Source: a virus. Taken from it: a stretch of DNA of 64,000 nt. The position numbers and the translations under genes were made by a program. Under the pieces are notes generated by a model. The model ran no database searches. It was given only the letters and a program-made list of their open reading frames with translations, and was not told where the DNA came from. The stretch spans positions 1 through 64,000 of the IMG/VR virus record IMGVR_UViG_3300029286_001586; one strand, given 5' to 3'. This document shows positions 60,201 to 64,000 of this stretch, piece by piece. Positions within the stretch are counted from its first letter, which is position 1. Each line of letters opens with the position of its first letter.

Positions 60201-60329
60201 GCAATTCTCCTTATATTTCGTTTACTTCTGGGACCAAAAAATAATGAATATTGCAACTCATTCCATAACTACTTGTCAATGTTGTCATATATATGCTTCC
60301 AAGAGGAACAATTTCATTGATATGTTCTC

Positions 60330-60512
60330 CTAATGTTTATTATTATCAGACGAATAAAATCCTGGGCTATTGAACTGAATACCTCCTAATTTATAAACTC
60401 TTGAAGCGGGTTTACCGCATTTTTTACAAAGTATAATCGGCAGCTCATTCATAGAATGAAACTCCTCCCAAACTATTTTACAATCCTTACATTCATAATC
60501 ATATGCTGGCAT
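60330..60512 (-). CDS. FmdB-family zinc-ribbon protein
   Basis: MPAYDYECKDC...CKKCG...GIQF..PGFY..D; true start 60512. Confidence 0.8.
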   Translation of the reverse strand: MPAYDYECKDCKIVWEEFHSMNELPIILCKKCGKPASRVYKLGGIQFNSPGFYSSDNNKH

Positions 60513-60514
60513 AA

Positions 60515-60640
60515 ATTTTAGAGAGCGTCTATGGCTTTGCAAAGTTGCGTCTCTGTGGAGTCGAACCACTGAAACTGCTTTGATAGCCCCCAAAACAACC
60601 CAGACCTTGCTGAGTCCTCACCATAAACGCTCTTTAAAAT
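60515..60640 (-). ncRNA. Putative structured RNA with a 20-bp closing stem and tRNA-like T-loop
   Basis: Inverted repeat 60515-60534/60621-60640; internal GTGG-TTCGACT-CCAC hairpin. Confidence 0.5.
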
Positions 60641-60645
60641 TGTCG

Positions 60646-60716
60646 AAGCGGAGGGCGGATTTGCACCGCCGTCTCAGGGATATGAACCCCGCAAGGAACT
60701 ACTCCTCCACTCCGCT
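60646..60716 (-). tRNA. tRNA-Met (CAT), initiator-like
   Basis: AGCGGAG/CTCCGCT acceptor stem, CGGGG-TTCATAT-CCCTG anticodon arm, GGCGG-TGCAAAT-CCGCC T arm; no encoded CCA. Confidence 0.8.
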
Positions 60717-60766
60717 ATGGTGCTTGGATTTTTTAAAAGAACCCTAGCATAAAACTTTAATAGAGC

Positions 60767-61048
60767 ATTGATACAAGACCAACACAACTTTTAAGACCCC
60801 CCTCTACTCAGAGACCCTCGTTGTCTCATATCAAGATGGCTGCCGATACTTGTCTTTTACTGTCCTTTAGGCACAAGTCCTATCAGAAGGGCTAAGTATC
60901 ATACCTCACATTTTTAAATCATGTCTGTCACATGTGGGTTTAATTCTCACAGGAGTAATTACTTCCTGCCTAACAAGTTCCCCGACACCAGACACAAATA
61001 AATGCTGTCTTGGTTGCATTTAAGGAGCCACCCCACCACAGCATCAAC
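60767..61048 (-). ncRNA. Putative ~280-nt multibranch structured RNA
   Basis: ORF-free; closing helix GTTGATGC/GTATCAAT plus several internal stems. Confidence 0.45.
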
Positions 61049-61623
61049 TAACCTTCAAACGAATTGTCCCACCAGTTGTTGCCGTCCTTCGGACATGTAA
61101 CTACTCTTTTGGTCCCATTTGAAACTTCTTTTGCAAACATCTTGGACCCGCAATCAGGACAAACTGTTGGCTCCTCATCTCCGAGTTCTTTGTTAAGCGT
61201 TCTTCCTTTTTTGTACTTGGAAGCTCCTCCCGCAGATTTCTTCGCACCTGACCATGCTTTCTTCGCTGGGGGCGGTGGAGGCGTCGGTTCCTCGTCTTCA
61301 ACTGGTTCTTGTTCAACAGGAGTTGCTACAACAGCACCAAGACCCTCTATTGCGTCATTGAGAACCTTTATTACCTCTTTAACGCTGCTACCTCTGATAA
61401 CAACTCTTGTTCTTGCCTTTGCCGTATCATCAACATCCAACCATTTCTCTATCTCAACTGCGTTTGTTTCTACCACTTCTACACCTTCTTTCTTTGTTAT
61501 TTTAGCTCCAGGGTCGGCAAAAAATTCCTTGCTCTCTTTTTCCATTTCCTCATCAAATTTCGCTTGGTCCTCAACATTTACTTCTTTCTTGGTCTTCTTT
61601 TTCGTGCTAAATCCTTCAGCCAT
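61048..61623 (-). CDS. Acidic, Pro-rich protein with C-terminal zinc ribbon
   Basis: Strong SD; CPDCG...CP. Confidence 0.7.
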   Translation of the reverse strand: MAEGFSTKKKTKKEVNVEDQAKFDEEMEKESKEFFADPGAKITKKEGVEVVETNAVEIEKWLDVDDTAKARTRVVIRGSSVKEVIKVLNDAIEGLGAVVATPVEQEPVEDEEPTPPPPPAKKAWSGAKKSAGGASKYKKGRTLNKELGDEEPTVCPDCGSKMFAKEVSNGTKRVVTCPKDGNNWWDNSFEG

Positions 61624-61683
61624 ATTTCACCTTCTTTCTTAAATTATCTTACACCCAATATAAATTGTTCAACTACCTGTAAT

Positions 61684-61713
61684 ATTATACCATTTAATGT
61701 CTTATAAGTGTCC
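61684..61713 (-). promoter_or_regulatory. Conserved phage promoter, copy 6
   Basis: GGACACTT-N13-TGGTATAAT, inside the upstream ORF. Confidence 0.65.
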
Positions 61714-61855
61714 TTATCTTTAAAGAATTTTTGGTAAGTCCTGGGCGGGACTATTAAAATCGTCGGGTCTTTTTCTTCAAGAATAATATAGGTATGAACC
61801 AATTTATCTATTGTTGATTGTAAATAACATTTGTGCATATCTTTAAGTATATCTG

Positions 61856-62200
61856 TCATATTTTTGTTATTTCAACATTTTCAGAATAGTAGCCATTTGA
61901 AGCTCCGTACCATGATATTGTGACTGCTCCTTTTATCGTTGCAAATTTATAAAATGTCCATGTGTTCGTTCCATCATCTTCATCAAATTTGTTGGATGTT
62001 TCTTCCGCCATAAGCAAAGGTGACCCGATTAAATCTGCCAAATCACCAACTATTTCTTTTATATAAACACTCTCACAACACTCCTGGTCATGATACATTT
62101 TCCATGATGGTCCATTGACTTCTTGAAAAACAATCTCGTCATTTTCTTTATTTACTGTTATGTTTTCTAATATTTTTTCTGCCAATGCTTCAATTTTCAT
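61856..62200 (-). CDS. Conserved phage protein (HxQxCCE family)
   Basis: HDQECCESVYI...TWTFYK..T.KG....W.G.SNGYYSE. Confidence 0.75.
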   Translation of the reverse strand: MKIEALAEKILENITVNKENDEIVFQEVNGPSWKMYHDQECCESVYIKEIVGDLADLIGSPLLMAEETSNKFDEDDGTNTWTFYKFATIKGAVTISWYGASNGYYSENVEITKI

Positions 62201-62209
62201 AATTTCCTC

Positions 62210-63436
62210 CTATCCTTTTATTACTGCCATTGGAATTAATTCGTGCAAAATATCGACCAAATCTTCTTGTTCTTTCATAACAACATCAATATCTTTATAT
62301 GCACTTGCAGATTCGTCCAAATCTTTTTTATGTCTCATTCCATGTATTATTCCTTGTTCATTCATTTTATTTATTTCGTCTTCAAGATTAAGTTCTGCAA
62401 TAGCTTTTGTTCTGCCCATCCTTCTTCCTGCACCATGAGAACAACTCATAAAGCTATCTGGGTTTCCTTTCCCACTAACAATATAACTTTTTGTTCCTTG
62501 TGAACCAGGAATTATTCCTATCGTATTCTCTCTCGCAAGCGTTGCTCCTTTTCTATGAATCATTACGTTCTTTCCAAAATGATTTTCTAAAGAAGCATAA
62601 TTATGGGCTATATTTATCATATTTGTTGAATATGCCACAGGTTTGTACTTATCTGGATTATCATCATTAAAACAATCTATAATTCTATCCATCATCAATC
62701 TTCTGTTAGCAAACGCAAAATCCACACAATACTGCATTTCTCGTAAATATGATTGCCCTTCTTCGCTATCTAATGGTAAAAATGCAAGTTCCCATTTCTT
62801 AGGTACTGATGTATGCCATTTTGTGTTTAAATCAACAGCAAGTTTATTATAATGATTTGCAACTTTGAATCCCAGATTTCTGCTTCCGCTATGTATCATT
62901 ATCCAGACATATCCGTCTTGGTCTTTCTGGATTTCTATGAAGTGATTGCCCCCACCAAGCGTACCTATCTGTTTTAATGCGGATTCGTATTCTTGTTTTA
63001 CAATAGGAAAATATTTTTCGTCCCGTTCATCGTGATACATACTAGGCATCAAACTTTCACCCTGTTTTTTCGAGTGGTGACTAAAACCAACAGGAACAAC
63101 GCTTCTAATGCCCCCGTGATAATCTTTTGAACCCCCGAATATCTTCTTAATGGTTTCTTTGTCTAACATTTCTGCTTCGAGCGATGTCTTGACCGCACAC
63201 ATGCCACAGCCTATATCAACTCCAACAGCATTAGGAATAACAACACCTTCGGTAGCTATAACGCCCCCTATTGGCATCCCATATCCTTGATGAGTATCGG
63301 GCATAAGACATACTTGCTTAAACACAAAAGGAAGTCTTGCAAGATTTTTCGCTTGCTCCCACGCTCCTGCTTCTGGTTCATTACACCAAGACTTTATAAC
63401 AACACCGTTTTCCACTTGTTCATATTTCATTACCAC
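62210..63436 (-). CDS. rtcB: RtcB RNA ligase
   Basis: MPDTH.GYG.PIG, VGVDIGCG, GTLGGGNHF, HSGSR, HRKGA, SHGAGR, AYKDI. Confidence 0.95.
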   Translation of the reverse strand: MVMKYEQVENGVVIKSWCNEPEAGAWEQAKNLARLPFVFKQVCLMPDTHQGYGMPIGGVIATEGVVIPNAVGVDIGCGMCAVKTSLEAEMLDKETIKKIFGGSKDYHGGIRSVVPVGFSHHSKKQGESLMPSMYHDERDEKYFPIVKQEYESALKQIGTLGGGNHFIEIQKDQDGYVWIMIHSGSRNLGFKVANHYNKLAVDLNTKWHTSVPKKWELAFLPLDSEEGQSYLREMQYCVDFAFANRRLMMDRIIDCFNDDNPDKYKPVAYSTNMINIAHNYASLENHFGKNVMIHRKGATLARENTIGIIPGSQGTKSYIVSGKGNPDSFMSCSHGAGRRMGRTKAIAELNLEDEINKMNEQGIIHGMRHKKDLDESASAYKDIDVVMKEQEDLVDILHELIPMAVIKG

Positions 63437-63678
63437 ACATCTCCATTTTCGTTTATTTTTTTATCCTCGTAATTCCCTATCTTGCGTCTCTCTAATTCCA
63501 TTATAGCACAGTTTCCTGCGCCGACAATATCATTGTATGTTTGATATGATTCTCCTTTTACTCCAAGATATTGCTGAAATAAGCGGGTGATTTTATAGTT
63601 GAGTTCTCCACAATTTACAGCCAAAGCTTCGTTATCAAGTTCTAATCGTCTATTATTATCGTCTTTTATATATGGCAT
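63430..63678 (-). CDS. Conserved phage protein (DUF6899-like)
   Basis: MPYI...GELNY.IT...YED.KI.ENGDV. Confidence 0.7.
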   Translation of the reverse strand: MPYIKDDNNRRLELDNEALAVNCGELNYKITRLFQQYLGVKGESYQTYNDIVGAGNCAIMELERRKIGNYEDKKINENGDVW

Positions 63679-64000
63679 TATTTTATCTCCCTTGTATAAG
63701 TTTCATCATAATCTTGCATTTCTTCCCAACGAACAATTTTTGAAAATGAATATAATCCAATATCATTTTTTGATAAATAATAATCTGTCCAAAATCTTCT
63801 TGCTGGTCTTGAACAAAGTGATTTTCCGCCTGCTGATATCTCAATTAATGCTCTATACCAAATTGTAGGTTTAATAATATTAAAACAGTTCTTGCATCGT
63901 ACTGTTCCAGAAGACCAGTAACGAAAATAACTACTACAATTAGGACATTCTTTATTACAACTAAAAATATTACACATAATTATTATCCCTCCTTTTCAAT

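Noticed and set aside
60513-60593. N-terminal extension of the FmdB ORF in the ORF track
   Set aside because: The family begins MPxY at 60512; the extension overlaps the structured RNA
60570-60602. Amber suppressor tRNA (CTA in a hairpin loop of the T-loop RNA)
   Set aside because: The loop is not 7 nt, CTA is off-centre and not preceded by U, and there is no D arm or acceptor geometry

Overview
This window is most of a tailed dsDNA phage genome with a siphovirus-like gene set, standard genetic code (TAG ends many genes) and no integrase in view. Layout: (i) 1-1670 is non-coding, with DnaA boxes, palindromes and a 65-bp pure-A/T tract, and looks like an origin/control region. (ii) A + strand operon (about 1.9-38.8 kb) starts with small genes including a Tad1-like immune-signal sponge. 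It continues with an 8.7-kb cluster of 6 glycosyltransferase and 4 methyltransferase domains, then an intein-containing terminase and the portal, head, tail and lysis genes. (iii) A - strand region (38.8-64 kb) holds accessory genes, a Cas4-like nuclease, RecA, resolvases, an amber-interrupted PolB-primase with a second intein, a DnaB-like helicase, tRNA-Met, two putative structured RNAs and RtcB. The best candidate for a new system is virion glycosylation at Ser-Gly sites. Predicted outer virion proteins are strongly enriched in (hydrophobic)-Ser-Gly dipeptides while portal, scaffold and chaperones have none, and the GT/MTase cluster lies in the same operon. All family calls come from motifs recognised by eye; no database searches were run.
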